Assembly (NCBI GenBank): GCA_017477185.1
Contig: JAFUXF010000021.1
Coordinates: 267-64,266 of the forward strand
DNA length: 64,000 bases
From: Alphaproteobacteria bacterium
GTDB lineage: Bacteria > Pseudomonadota > Alphaproteobacteria > RF32 > CAG-239
Direction: 5' to 3'
The position numbers were made by a program, and so were the translations under genes. Below the pieces are notes generated by a model. It was not told the origin of the DNA. It saw only the letters and a program-made list of their open reading frames with translations, and made no database searches. The stretch's first letter is position 1. Every line of letters starts with the position of its first letter. Shown piece after piece: positions 28,375 to 37,919 of this stretch.

Positions 28375-29291
28375 TGCAAGCCTCTTTTGCTAAACATTTT
28401 CCTGTTATGTTGCCGGAAGTTCTGGAAAAATTGGCTCCACATGACGGCGAGACTTATATTGATGCGACTTTTGGCAACGGAGGCTATACCGAAGCTGTTT
28501 TACAAGCAGCAAATTGCAAAGTTATTGCCATTGACCGTGACCCGACGGTTTTGCCTCGGGTACAAGAATTACAAAAAATTTATGGTCAACGATTTGAATT
28601 TAGACAAGGTTGCTTCGGCGATTTAAATCATTTAATTGTGAATGCCGTTAATGGGTTTATGTTTGACATTGGTGTTTCTTCAATGCAATTGGATCAAGCT
28701 GAACGTGGATTCTCTTTTTCTAAGCAGGCACCGCTGGATATGCGAATGTCTTGTTCCGGTCAAACTGCGGCAGATATTGTTAATCATATGCAGGAAAAAG
28801 ATTTAGCAGATTTAATATACAAGTATGGCGAAGAACGTAAGTCCAGACAAATTGCTGCTAAGATTGTTCAATATCGTGCAACTAAACCTATTGAAACAAC
28901 AACAGAACTCGCAAATATTATCTATTCGGTTATTCATCGCGCACCTCATGCAATTGATCCGGCAACACGGACTTTTCAGGCTTTGAGGATTGCTGTTAAT
29001 CGTGAATTAGAAGAGCTTGAAAACGGTTTGAATGCCGCGCTCAACCTACTTCAACCAAAGGGAAGAATTGTGGTGGTTTCTTTCCACTCTCTTGAAGATA
29101 GAATTATCAAAACTTTCTTCAGAGATAAGTCAGGTAATAATGCCCATGCTTCGCGTTATATGCCGCAAAACACCTTAACCGCTGACGTTGTTTTAACCAA
29201 TGTTTCTAAAGCGATTTTGCCAAGTGCCGAAGAATTAGCACTTAACCCTCGCTCACGTTCGGCAAAACTGCGTTCAGCACAGAAAAAATAA
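28374..29291 (+). CDS. rsmH: 16S rRNA (cytosine1402-N4)-methyltransferase
   Basis: HFPVMLPEVL, IDATFGNGGYT, FDIGVSSMQLD and SFHSLEDR are present. GGGAGGA lies 6 nt upstream. A TGATG overlap links it to mraZ. Confidence 0.95.
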   Translation: MQASFAKHFPVMLPEVLEKLAPHDGETYIDATFGNGGYTEAVLQAANCKVIAIDRDPTVLPRVQELQKIYGQRFEFRQGCFGDLNHLIVNAVNGFMFDIGVSSMQLDQAERGFSFSKQAPLDMRMSCSGQTAADIVNHMQEKDLADLIYKYGEERKSRQIAAKIVQYRATKPIETTTELANIIYSVIHRAPHAIDPATRTFQALRIAVNRELEELENGLNAALNLLQPKGRIVVVSFHSLEDRIIKTFFRDKSGNNAHASRYMPQNTLTADVVLTNVSKAILPSAEELALNPRSRSAKLRSAQKK

Positions 29292-29310
29292 AACCAGAAA
29301 GGAAGGTTAT

Positions 29311-29697
29311 ATGACCAGCACAGATACGGCCAAGCTCAGTATTCTTGTGGCTTTAACATCTTTTATCGGAGTCGGAATGTTTGTTCTGAAGAATCAGGTT
29401 CAAACATTAGAAGGCGAGCTAAATCGAATTAATTTATCGATTCAGGAAGATGTTAAATCAATCCATGTTTTGCGTGCGGAATGGAGCCACTTAAACTCTC
29501 CGCAACGCCTTCGCACCCTGGCTGAAAAACATATTTCTTTAAATCCTGCCCGAGCTGAACAAATTATTAACTTTTCTGAGTTACCATTTGCCTATGAGCA
29601 GAACGAATCGGATAGACGATTAATTGCTCAAAGGAACATTAACCGTCAAGCCGAGCATAACCGGCAATTGAAACTGTTGGTCAAAGCTCAGCACTAA
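29311..29697 (+). CDS. ftsL: Cell division protein FtsL (alphaproteobacterial type)
   Basis: It has a single N-terminal TM followed by a coiled coil, with LRAEWSHLNSPQRL. It sits between rsmH and ftsI. Confidence 0.7.
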   Translation: MTSTDTAKLSILVALTSFIGVGMFVLKNQVQTLEGELNRINLSIQEDVKSIHVLRAEWSHLNSPQRLRTLAEKHISLNPARAEQIINFSELPFAYEQNESDRRLIAQRNINRQAEHNRQLKLLVKAQH

Positions 29698-29729
29698 AGG
29701 ACATATTATTTAAACGGGCAAGAAGCAAA

Positions 29730-31502
29730 ATGAGGAAAAAGTATTTTTTCCATAAAGAGAAATCACATTTCTATCAACCCGGTGAAGAAATCAGGGTCAA
29801 TAGAAAGAATCAGTTGGAGGAAAGAGATTCTCTTAATTCCGTTAAGTCTCGTGTTGTCTTGGCGGCGGTTGCTTTTTGTTGTGTTTATTTAGTGTTAGTT
29901 CTGCGTTTATTTGACTTATGTGTTCTTAAGGCGAGAGAAAATTCTGCTGTTTATAATTATAGCCAAGATGAAGAATTCAAGCATATATTAAAGTATACAG
30001 AAATGCCGATTATGCGTGCCGATATTCTGGATAGAAACGGTACAATTATTGCCACATCTCTTCCAACCGTTCATCTTTATGCAAATCCCTCAAAAATCCG
30101 CCACAAAGTAGAACTCGCACATAAATTAGCAAAGATTATCCCTGATGTTTCTTATGAATCTTTCCTTAAAAAATTAGAGATGAAGGCACGATTCGTTTAT
30201 TTGAAACGTAATTTGACTCCTTCGCAACAATACCAAATTAATGCTCTTGGAAACCCTTGGTTAGAATTTGAGAAAAGTGAAAAACGTATTTATCCGCATA
30301 AAAATCTGTTTGCTCATATTATAGGGGCAACAAACATTGATAATGATGGTGTATCCGGTTTAGAAAAACAGCTTAACAGTCGTCTGACAGAATCTGATAT
30401 TCCTTTGCAATTAACCATTGATTCCGGCTTACAAGATACGATTAGAGAAGAATTGCTTCAAGCTGTTGAAAAGTTCCATGCCGAAGGGGCATCTGCTATT
30501 TTGATGGATGTTCGCAATGGCGAGATTTTAGCCATGCTTTCTTTACCGGATTATGACCCGAATTCTAATAATAATATTTCGGAACGGGCGCAATTTAATT
30601 TTACGACTAAAGGTGTTTATGAACCGGGATCCGTCTTAAAAATTTTTAATGCGGCATTAGGATTAGAAAGCGGAAAAGTAAAGGTAACAGATAAATTTGA
30701 TGCCACACAGCCCTTAAAATTGCGCTATAATGTTATTAAGGATTATCGTGGCGAAAATCGTTGGTTAGATTTGCCTGAAATTATGATTCATTCTTCAAAT
30801 ATCGGTTCGGCCAGAATTGCTCTTAAGGTTGGCAAAGATGAACAACGTCGTTTCTTAGAAAGTCTCGGATTTTTTGCCCCTGTCAAATCAATTGAAGTCG
30901 CCGAAAAAGGAATCCCGTTGATTCCGAGTTATAAAAATTGGGGAGAATCCACCGTCGCAACTGTTGGCTATGGCTATGGTATTTCAATTACACCATTACA
31001 TTTAATTTCTGCTTTTGCATCTGTTGTCAACGGTGGTATGTATTATGAACCGACGTTGGTTAAAAACAATAAAAATACAACCTCTCACCGTACTCTGTCT
31101 TATAATACCTCTATGCAAATGCGGCAATTACTGCGCGGCGTTGTCGTTAAGGGTTCGGGCAAGCGTGCAAATGTTGCCGGATATGAAGTTGCCGGCAAAA
31201 CCGGCACAGCAAATAAACCCGTTAACGGACATTATGTTGATAAAAAAGTTTATACCTCATTTTTGGCAACTTTTCCGGTATCTGACCCTAAATATGCCCT
31301 TTATTTAATGTTGGATGAGCCTAAACCGATAAAAGAAACTTGGGGCTTTGTAACCTCGGGCTGGAACACTGTACCGACAGCCGGTAAAATTATCACGGCA
31401 ATTGCTCCGCAACTTGATTTACCTGCTAATAATGACATTTACGAATCGCGCCACGAGCGTATTATCAATGCCGCTTATACTGTTCGAAAAAATAACAAAT
31501 AA
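29730..31502 (+). CDS. ftsI: Peptidoglycan D,D-transpeptidase FtsI (PBP3-class)
   Basis: It has a TM anchor and PBP dimer-domain features. Transpeptidase motifs are GSVLK (SxxK), SSN and KTGT. Confidence 0.9.
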   Translation: MRKKYFFHKEKSHFYQPGEEIRVNRKNQLEERDSLNSVKSRVVLAAVAFCCVYLVLVLRLFDLCVLKARENSAVYNYSQDEEFKHILKYTEMPIMRADILDRNGTIIATSLPTVHLYANPSKIRHKVELAHKLAKIIPDVSYESFLKKLEMKARFVYLKRNLTPSQQYQINALGNPWLEFEKSEKRIYPHKNLFAHIIGATNIDNDGVSGLEKQLNSRLTESDIPLQLTIDSGLQDTIREELLQAVEKFHAEGASAILMDVRNGEILAMLSLPDYDPNSNNNISERAQFNFTTKGVYEPGSVLKIFNAALGLESGKVKVTDKFDATQPLKLRYNVIKDYRGENRWLDLPEIMIHSSNIGSARIALKVGKDEQRRFLESLGFFAPVKSIEVAEKGIPLIPSYKNWGESTVATVGYGYGISITPLHLISAFASVVNGGMYYEPTLVKNNKNTTSHRTLSYNTSMQMRQLLRGVVVKGSGKRANVAGYEVAGKTGTANKPVNGHYVDKKVYTSFLATFPVSDPKYALYLMLDEPKPIKETWGFVTSGWNTVPTAGKIITAIAPQLDLPANNDIYESRHERIINAAYTVRKNNK

Positions 31503-31598
31503 TTGCAAAAAAGATATTGCAGAATCGCATTAGAAGTGCTATGTATCTTCTGTTTTCCGTATTTATTAATTATAATTATTAAAAAAAAACAGAAAGTT

Positions 31599-32363
31599 AT
31601 GAGACAACATTTTTTGCCGCTTCTGGTCGTCTGTTTTGTCGGCTGGTTGCTGTATGTAAACAACGTTGATGCGTCAACTGAGAAAAGTTCACGCCAACAA
31701 ATTTCTCAACAAGTCTCTGCACCTAAGCAGAGTAGTTTAGTTATCACAACAGTTCCTAAAAAACAGAAACCTTCTGTGAAAGAATATGTTGCGACACATC
31801 TTGAAAATGACATTGCCGATGCAATAGCTTGTGTGGAAGGGTTCAGAGCTAATCCTTATTATTCAGGTGTATGGTGCGTCGGGTATGGCAGTGGTCGGTA
31901 TGCTGACGGCTCTGTTGTTACAAAATATAGCCATGCTGTGAGCAGACAAGAGGCTAAGCAATGTGTGATTGCGCATATTAGAAAATATGTGGATCCCGTC
32001 ATTGACAAGAATGTTAGAAAAAAATTATCCGATGGCGAGCGTATTGCTTGCGCTATGTTCATCTATAATGTCGGAGATGGTGCTTTTGAGAAAAGCTCTT
32101 TTTTGCGTTTAATTAACAGTGGGGCTTCTGCACAAGAATGTGCTCAGGCGTTAGCTCTGTTTAATAAGGCCGGCGGATCTGTCAATGCAACATTGCAAAA
32201 ACGTCGTTGGTTGGAAGGAGCGATTTTCTGTGGGTATATTACGCCTTGTGATATCAGGAAGATGTCGAGCGTTTATCATGCCAATCTTGCAGACTTGTAT
32301 AATGGATCACAACTTGATTACAGTCATGCGAGCATCAAGAAATTTCTTAAGCATGCTTCTTAA
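31599..32363 (+). CDS. Secreted GH24 (phage-type) lysozyme-like protein
   Basis: The ATG at 31599 gives a signal-like N-terminus MRQHFLPLLVVCFVGWLLYVNNVDA. EGFRANPYYSGVWCVGYG aligns to the T4-lysozyme EG...Y.D..G..T.G.G region. FIYNVGDGAF is also present. Confidence 0.6.
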   Translation: MRQHFLPLLVVCFVGWLLYVNNVDASTEKSSRQQISQQVSAPKQSSLVITTVPKKQKPSVKEYVATHLENDIADAIACVEGFRANPYYSGVWCVGYGSGRYADGSVVTKYSHAVSRQEAKQCVIAHIRKYVDPVIDKNVRKKLSDGERIACAMFIYNVGDGAFEKSSFLRLINSGASAQECAQALALFNKAGGSVNATLQKRRWLEGAIFCGYITPCDIRKMSSVYHANLADLYNGSQLDYSHASIKKFLKHAS

Positions 32364-32369
32364 AATTAA

Positions 32370-32403
32370 CAAACCCCGAAGATAGCTTCGGGGTTGTTTT
32401 TTA
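32370..32403. terminator. Bidirectional intrinsic terminator
   Basis: AACCCCGAAG-ATAG-CTTCGGGGTT is followed by a T run, between convergent genes. Confidence 0.75.
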
Positions 32404-34137
32404 TTTATATAGTTTCGGGAGCGGAGAAGTCTGTTTTTTAGATTTTTTTTGCACATTCTGCTCTTCCTTAAAAACTTTAAGAAATTGCGTTTGGTTAAAA
32501 CCTTCTTCTTTTCCCGAATATAAAGCTTTACTCAAGTTACTCAACTCTTGCTTAAACGCTTTGCTATTACTTTTTTTCCCTAAATCATCTAAATTATGTA
32601 TTTTTTCATCAGGATAATTTTGGCGTGCCCAAGCTATCAAACTGTCTCTTAATTCTTTAAGATTATTTGTTTTTGCTGCTTTTTCAACCTGTTGGCGATA
32701 GTCTCCCTCCGTCATATTAGGGGTCTTTTTACGACCAAACATCAAATAACTCAAAACAACACCGAGAACAAATGCTCCAACTGTCCAAACCCACACAGGA
32801 AAGCTCCCTGTCGTTTTTTCGGTCGTTGGTAAAGAAGGCAAATCCGCCTTTTTATTGTCCGGTTGCAATCTTGGTTTCATTGCTTGCCGATTCTCAGCTT
32901 CTTGCCCTTTTGTTGATGGTAAAACCTTTAGAGTTTGTGCCGGTAGAGTTGCATGTTCTATTTGTCCGGTATGAATATTATACCAATCAACTGTTATCTC
33001 CGGTAACGTTATTTCTCCTGATTTTTCAGGTATATAGACGTTGCCGAATTTCTTAATTGAAATGACTTCTCCCTGATGTTGCGAACTCATCGCTACCGGT
33101 TTTTCCGGATATTGTTTAACACCATCAATTTCTGCAAATTTAATATCAGGTAGCTGATTTTCAACAACTCCGGCCGCCTTAAGGTAAACTGAGCGACTGA
33201 CCGCTTCACCTACCCTAAGTGTCGGGTTTTTATCTTCCCATTCTGCGGACAATATAACTTTTGAGGCCGGAAGCCACCAATATCCGCTGTTTTGAGCCGG
33301 TATGGCTCTTACATCAATGTCAATACTCTCCGGACGCAGCACAATCGGATTTCGAGTAGCAAACATATCAGAAAATCCCATATTAAAAAAGCCATGATTA
33401 AACACATCATCAAAAGCATCTGCACCACGACGGCTTTTAGTTAAATAATACCCTTGAAACTCAAGATCAGGCGTTTGCAAGAGACCGCTCTTTTGAGGAA
33501 ACAGAGCATAATGAAATTGAATCTCTCGCAAATGTTGCCCATTGATTACCTTGCTTTCAATCGTTGGTTCTCCCATACTTTTAACAATCCAATCGCGGTT
33601 GCCGTTATCAACAATGACCGGTTGCTCCCCGTATAAACCACCGCTATCATAAATGCTAAAAGTATAGTTAATTTGTTGTTGTACAAACGGATTTTTATTA
33701 TCAACTTCTGCATTGACCGCAAATTTCGGACCATCGGCTGCCGAAGATTGCTGTTTTCCTTGCTGTACCAATTGTGATGAAATAACATTTAATTGAATTG
33801 GTTCTGATTTCAGATTATCTAGTTTAATTGCCGGAATTTCAATTTGCCCTGCATTTTTCGGCATAAGAACAATTTGCCACTGCCGACTATGCTTGCTTAC
33901 GCCGTTGATATAGGTGCTTTGAAAAGCATTGCCGACCGAATAAACCGTGAAATTTTTATCCAATACGCTTAAATCCGGTGACCCGCTAACTTTATCATTA
34001 TCAGTCTCTAAAGTTAATAAAAATGTTTCTCCTTGAGGAATTTCCGTCCGATTAACGGTTGCCTGCAATTGTTCGGCAAACGCAGATCTTCCTAAAAACA
34101 GCGATAAGCCAAGCAAAACATAGATTATTTTTTTCAT
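32401..34137 (-). CDS. batD: BatD-like oxygen-tolerance protein
   Basis: The true start is MKKIIYVLLGLSLFLGRSAFA at 34137. The mature N-terminus is EQLQATVNRTEIPQGETFLLTLE. A C-terminal TM segment is present. Confidence 0.7.
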   Translation of the reverse strand: MKKIIYVLLGLSLFLGRSAFAEQLQATVNRTEIPQGETFLLTLETDNDKVSGSPDLSVLDKNFTVYSVGNAFQSTYINGVSKHSRQWQIVLMPKNAGQIEIPAIKLDNLKSEPIQLNVISSQLVQQGKQQSSAADGPKFAVNAEVDNKNPFVQQQINYTFSIYDSGGLYGEQPVIVDNGNRDWIVKSMGEPTIESKVINGQHLREIQFHYALFPQKSGLLQTPDLEFQGYYLTKSRRGADAFDDVFNHGFFNMGFSDMFATRNPIVLRPESIDIDVRAIPAQNSGYWWLPASKVILSAEWEDKNPTLRVGEAVSRSVYLKAAGVVENQLPDIKFAEIDGVKQYPEKPVAMSSQHQGEVISIKKFGNVYIPEKSGEITLPEITVDWYNIHTGQIEHATLPAQTLKVLPSTKGQEAENRQAMKPRLQPDNKKADLPSLPTTEKTTGSFPVWVWTVGAFVLGVVLSYLMFGRKKTPNMTEGDYRQQVEKAAKTNNLKELRDSLIAWARQNYPDEKIHNLDDLGKKSNSKAFKQELSNLSKALYSGKEEGFNQTQFLKVFKEEQNVQKKSKKQTSPLPKLYK

Positions 34138-34141
34138 CTTA

Positions 34142-35848
34142 TTATTTATCCCCTGCATAACGATTTTTAGCATATTCTCTGGCAATAAACGCTCGCAACA
34201 AGCCGCCCACATCTTCCGGAATTTCACGGTACTGCATTTCACGCGCTTGTATCTCTTCATTATATTTAGTCTCCCCCTCATTATTTTGCAAGGTTTGTAA
34301 AGAATTTTGCTGCTTTTCCTCTTGATTTTGAGGGCTGGTTGCTTGTTTTTGCTGTTGTTGCCGATGATTATTTTCCGTGCCTTGATTTTCTTGTTGCTCC
34401 GGAGACGGTTGCTGATTTTGTGAAGATTGATTTTTGCTTTGATCAGATTGGCTGTTTTGCTCTTTATCCTGATTTTGCTCCTGCCGACTTTGCTCCGGTG
34501 TCGTCGCTTGTTGCTGGTTTTGCTCTTGTTCTTTATTTTTGTTATCATCATTATTTTGAGAATTTGACGATTGCGGTTGTTGCTGATTTTGTTGTTTTAG
34601 ATATTCTAAATTAAATTTAGCATCTTCATGTTGAGGATTTTGCCGCAAAACCTCTTCATATTTATTGATTGCCTCCTTTATTTTCCCCATTTTAGCAAGG
34701 GCATTTCCCTGATTATACAGACTTTCTGTGTCCTGTGTTTTGTTAAAAAATTGCAGAGCCTTATCATATTCTCCCAAACGATAAAAACTTGAACCTTGCC
34801 ATTTGGGACTTTTAAATTTTTGTGCGGCTTTTTGATAGTCTTGCTGATTAAACGCACGCATCCCCTCCTGATTAGCGTTAAGAAAGAATCCTGCTTGTGC
34901 CGGAAAACTTATTCCCAAAACAAATAGCACCATAAAAATTCCACGGCGAAAAAAGTATAAGCAGCACAACAGCGGAATAAAACAAAGAAAGTAACCATTA
35001 TCCAACCATTGTGAAATTTTACGATGCGATTTTTTTACTTCTGCAGAAGTTTGTTCTGCTAATTTGAGCCCTAATTCTCCCGCCTGATTTACATTTTGAT
35101 ATATCCCCTGCCCTTGTTTTGCAATTTTTTGCAACTTTTCATTCGGCTCTGAACTGACATTTATAATATTGATATGATATCCTTGTTTTTTAATTTCTTC
35201 TGCCTTTTGCAGCGCACGGGCAAATTCTTCCCCAATATCGGCAGCAAAAATCACGATTTGCCCTTTTGACCATCCTCCGTTGCTAAGGCTCTGAGCAGAT
35301 AATTGCAATGCTCTGTCCAACCTGTCCCCATTCGCCGGCATAATATCAAAATCAATCGCCGATAATAAATTATCAATCAGGCGATTGTCCTCGGTAATCG
35401 GCGAAATTAAAAACGGCTCTTCGGCATAAACAATCAGACCGCTTTGCATTTCTCCAACGTTTTTTAAGAAATCTGAAATGGCATATTTCGCTCGTGCCAA
35501 ACGATTAGGAGAAACATCTTTTGCCATCATGTCGGAAGAGACATTTAGGGCAATCATTATCGGATTTTGCGTATTTAAGCCTTCTGCTTCCTGTTTCATC
35601 CAACTGGGACCAGATGCTGCCAAAATTCCTCCTACGAAACCAATTAGACCTAAATAAAAAATAAACTTTCTTTGCCCTGATGATCCTTTAATTAACAGGT
35701 ATTTCAATAAATTTTTGTCACACACTTTTTCCCATGAAGAGACTGCCTCCAAAGTGTTATGAAAATACCAACAAGTCGCTGCTGCTACAATAAACAGCAT
35801 TAAACACCACGGTCGCAAAAAATGAAAATTTTGCATAAATGTTTCCAT
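34142..35848 (-). CDS. Fused BatB (TM + von Willebrand A) / BatC (TPR) protein with a long Gln/Asn-rich tail
   Basis: The VWA region is IMIALNVSSDMMAKDVSPNRLARAK. A second TM follows, then TPR repeats (YRLGEYDKALQFF, NQGNALAKMGKIKEAINKYEEVL). About 120 aa of Q/N/E/S low complexity come last. Confidence 0.75.
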   Translation of the reverse strand: METFMQNFHFLRPWCLMLFIVAAATCWYFHNTLEAVSSWEKVCDKNLLKYLLIKGSSGQRKFIFYLGLIGFVGGILAASGPSWMKQEAEGLNTQNPIMIALNVSSDMMAKDVSPNRLARAKYAISDFLKNVGEMQSGLIVYAEEPFLISPITEDNRLIDNLLSAIDFDIMPANGDRLDRALQLSAQSLSNGGWSKGQIVIFAADIGEEFARALQKAEEIKKQGYHINIINVSSEPNEKLQKIAKQGQGIYQNVNQAGELGLKLAEQTSAEVKKSHRKISQWLDNGYFLCFIPLLCCLYFFRRGIFMVLFVLGISFPAQAGFFLNANQEGMRAFNQQDYQKAAQKFKSPKWQGSSFYRLGEYDKALQFFNKTQDTESLYNQGNALAKMGKIKEAINKYEEVLRQNPQHEDAKFNLEYLKQQNQQQPQSSNSQNNDDNKNKEQEQNQQQATTPEQSRQEQNQDKEQNSQSDQSKNQSSQNQQPSPEQQENQGTENNHRQQQQKQATSPQNQEEKQQNSLQTLQNNEGETKYNEEIQAREMQYREIPEDVGGLLRAFIAREYAKNRYAGDK

Positions 35849-35849
35849 A

Positions 35850-36857
35850 TTATCTCTTCCTTTGCTTTAATATCAGCAGGAATAAGCTGAAAATTATTGC
35901 TACCAATAAGGGAATATAATAATACTCTCTGATTTCACGAATATAATTTTCGTCCTGCGCCTGGGGTTCTAATTTGTTAATTTCATCATATACGCGAACC
36001 AAGGCTGCCGTATCGTCCGCACGAAAATATTGTCCACCTGCTTCTTCTGCTATTTGTTTCAGCCCCTCCTCATCTAATCCTGAAGGCAAGGCTATTTTAT
36101 AACTTAAAATAGATTGCATAAAACTACCAACACCGCCAACACCGATAGTATAAATCTTGACTTTTTCATTTTTAGCCAATTGAATCGCCTGTGGTAGACT
36201 TAAGTTGCCATCATTGTTCTCACCATCACTTAGCAAAATAATAACTTTATTTTCTTTGTCATCATTTTCACGAATCGATTTAAGAGCTAATCCTAAAGCG
36301 TCTCCGATTGCCGTTGAATTTCCGGCCATACCGGCATCCATTGTCATCAGAATATCTTTAACAGCTTGTTTATCATATGTCAGCGGAGCTTGTAAATAAG
36401 CTCTCGAGCCAAATAAAATTAAACCGATACGATCATCCCGACGCTTATCAACAAAATCTGCAGCGGCGGCTTTAACCGCTTGCAAACGACTAAGCCGTCT
36501 TCCTTGATAACTAAAATCTCTTTCCAGCATGGAGGTAGAAATATCCATAACCAATAGGATATCTCGTCCCTCATTTTTGATTCTTATCGGCTCCCCGACC
36601 CATTGCGGACGTGCAGCAGCTAGAACCAGCAAGATATATATCAGACTTAATAAGATTCTGTTTATTGTTATTTTGTGCGTAGAAAAACCACTTTTCACCC
36701 ACAAACTACCGGATTTAAGATTGATTTTGGATAAATCATCCAAAAATGTTATCCTTAAGGCATCTCCATGTATGCCTTTAGCTGCAGGCAATAACAAATA
36801 AATCAAAATAGGCAAGAGTAAGAGGCAAAACGCAAAAGGATAAGCAAAATTTATCAT
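35850..36857 (-). CDS. batA: BatA-like von Willebrand factor A membrane protein
   Basis: The start at 36857 has AGGAGA 6 nt upstream and an ATGA overlap with the upstream gene. VWA/MIDAS motifs are ILLVMDISTSM and NSTAIGDAL. Confidence 0.8.
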   Translation of the reverse strand: MINFAYPFAFCLLLLPILIYLLLPAAKGIHGDALRITFLDDLSKINLKSGSLWVKSGFSTHKITINRILLSLIYILLVLAAARPQWVGEPIRIKNEGRDILLVMDISTSMLERDFSYQGRRLSRLQAVKAAAADFVDKRRDDRIGLILFGSRAYLQAPLTYDKQAVKDILMTMDAGMAGNSTAIGDALGLALKSIRENDDKENKVIILLSDGENNDGNLSLPQAIQLAKNEKVKIYTIGVGGVGSFMQSILSYKIALPSGLDEEGLKQIAEEAGGQYFRADDTAALVRVYDEINKLEPQAQDENYIREIREYYYIPLLVAIIFSLFLLILKQRKR

Positions 36858-37306
36858 AAATTTTCTCCTATCCATGATTGAGCAAAAGAGGTAATCTCTT
36901 GTAAATTTTGCGTTTGATACTTTTGTGATTTTATATTCATATAGGGTGCATTGAGTAAGAGATCTTTGCTTGAAGTGCTTAATTTGACTTGGCTATGCCG
37001 TGCAATAAAATTCCACCAATCTTCTCCACTTAAAGCAACAGCTTGCGGATAGCGATAAATACAAATACGCCGCAACAATTCCGAGATGCGTGCAACAGAA
37101 GTAATAATCTCATCCGTATCTAATTCTGCCAGAATTTTTAAGGCATATTTTTTGCGGCTTTTTTGCACCCACATTTTATAAAGTTTTACCATAACGACAC
37201 ACAAAATGACGGTAATAACAATAACGTACCAACCATATGCCGGAGGAAAAAAAGAAACGCCTTCTGGTAAGTGAATATCTCGCAATTCCGGTAAATTATC
37301 ATTCAT
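36854..37306 (-). CDS. DUF4381-like membrane protein of Bat operons
   Basis: LRDIHLPEGVSFFPPAYGWYVIV is followed by a TM segment. Its position is immediately upstream of batA. Confidence 0.6.
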   Translation of the reverse strand: MNDNLPELRDIHLPEGVSFFPPAYGWYVIVITVILCVVMVKLYKMWVQKSRKKYALKILAELDTDEIITSVARISELLRRICIYRYPQAVALSGEDWWNFIARHSQVKLSTSSKDLLLNAPYMNIKSQKYQTQNLQEITSFAQSWIGENL

Positions 37307-37327
37307 TATTATACCCTCTTTTGTTTA

Positions 37328-37804
37328 TTATATATGGAACACTCCCAGATATTGCAAGGCGATTATAACAAACAGAATCTGAAAAATTGGTACCAACCAA
37401 AAAACAAACTGATAACTTTTCTTGCGATTTTTATGATGTAATATTTTTTGCCCTAACAAAGCACCTGTCCAACCGCCAAGCAATTCCAACATATGTAAAT
37501 CTTTCTCCGGAATTCGCCATTGCCCGTTAATCGCAGCTCGTTTATCTTTCCAATAAGCGCAAAATGTAAAAATATTAATAAAAATAAAGTGCACAGCCAG
37601 AAATAACAACAATGTTTTAAATGTAAAAACACTGGTTCGAAAATAATGTGTCTCCACCCAATAAGCTAACAGCACCATTGTACAGCTGTGTAAAATGTAA
37701 AAAACATTTTTTTGCAAAGAGCGCAAAACAAGTAATGCCCCGAACAAAATAACAGAAAAGGTTAAAACCATTGAAATACTCCCTATTGTCCATTTTTGTA
37801 ACAT
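37328..37804 (-). CDS. DUF1294-family membrane protein
   Basis: The C-terminus reads KDKRAAINGQWRIPEKDLHMLELLGGWTGALLGQKILHHKNRK. Confidence 0.6.
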   Translation of the reverse strand: MLQKWTIGSISMVLTFSVILFGALLVLRSLQKNVFYILHSCTMVLLAYWVETHYFRTSVFTFKTLLLFLAVHFIFINIFTFCAYWKDKRAAINGQWRIPEKDLHMLELLGGWTGALLGQKILHHKNRKKSYQFVFWLVPIFQILFVIIALQYLGVFHI

Positions 37805-37919
37805 ATTCTTTTATGAAAAAAAAGTATCTTCACGCAAATAGTGAATAACTAAAAAAAGATAATGAGTTTTCAAAAAAACTCTTTATGATATGTGTAGTGA
37901 GAATTTGATGAGGTATAAC

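Noticed and set aside
34138-34551. N-terminal 138-aa extension of the BatD ORF (track ORF 32401-34551), extremely Lys/Arg/Ile-rich.
   Set aside because: It is an alternative frame of the Gln-rich tail of the upstream BatB-BatC gene. A proper start (MKKIIYVL... signal peptide) exists at 34137, right after that gene's stop.
34339-34614. Plus-strand 91-aa ORF antisense to the BatB-BatC tail.
   Set aside because: It is generated by the low-complexity repeat DNA. It has no RBS and a repetitive VADF-type translation.
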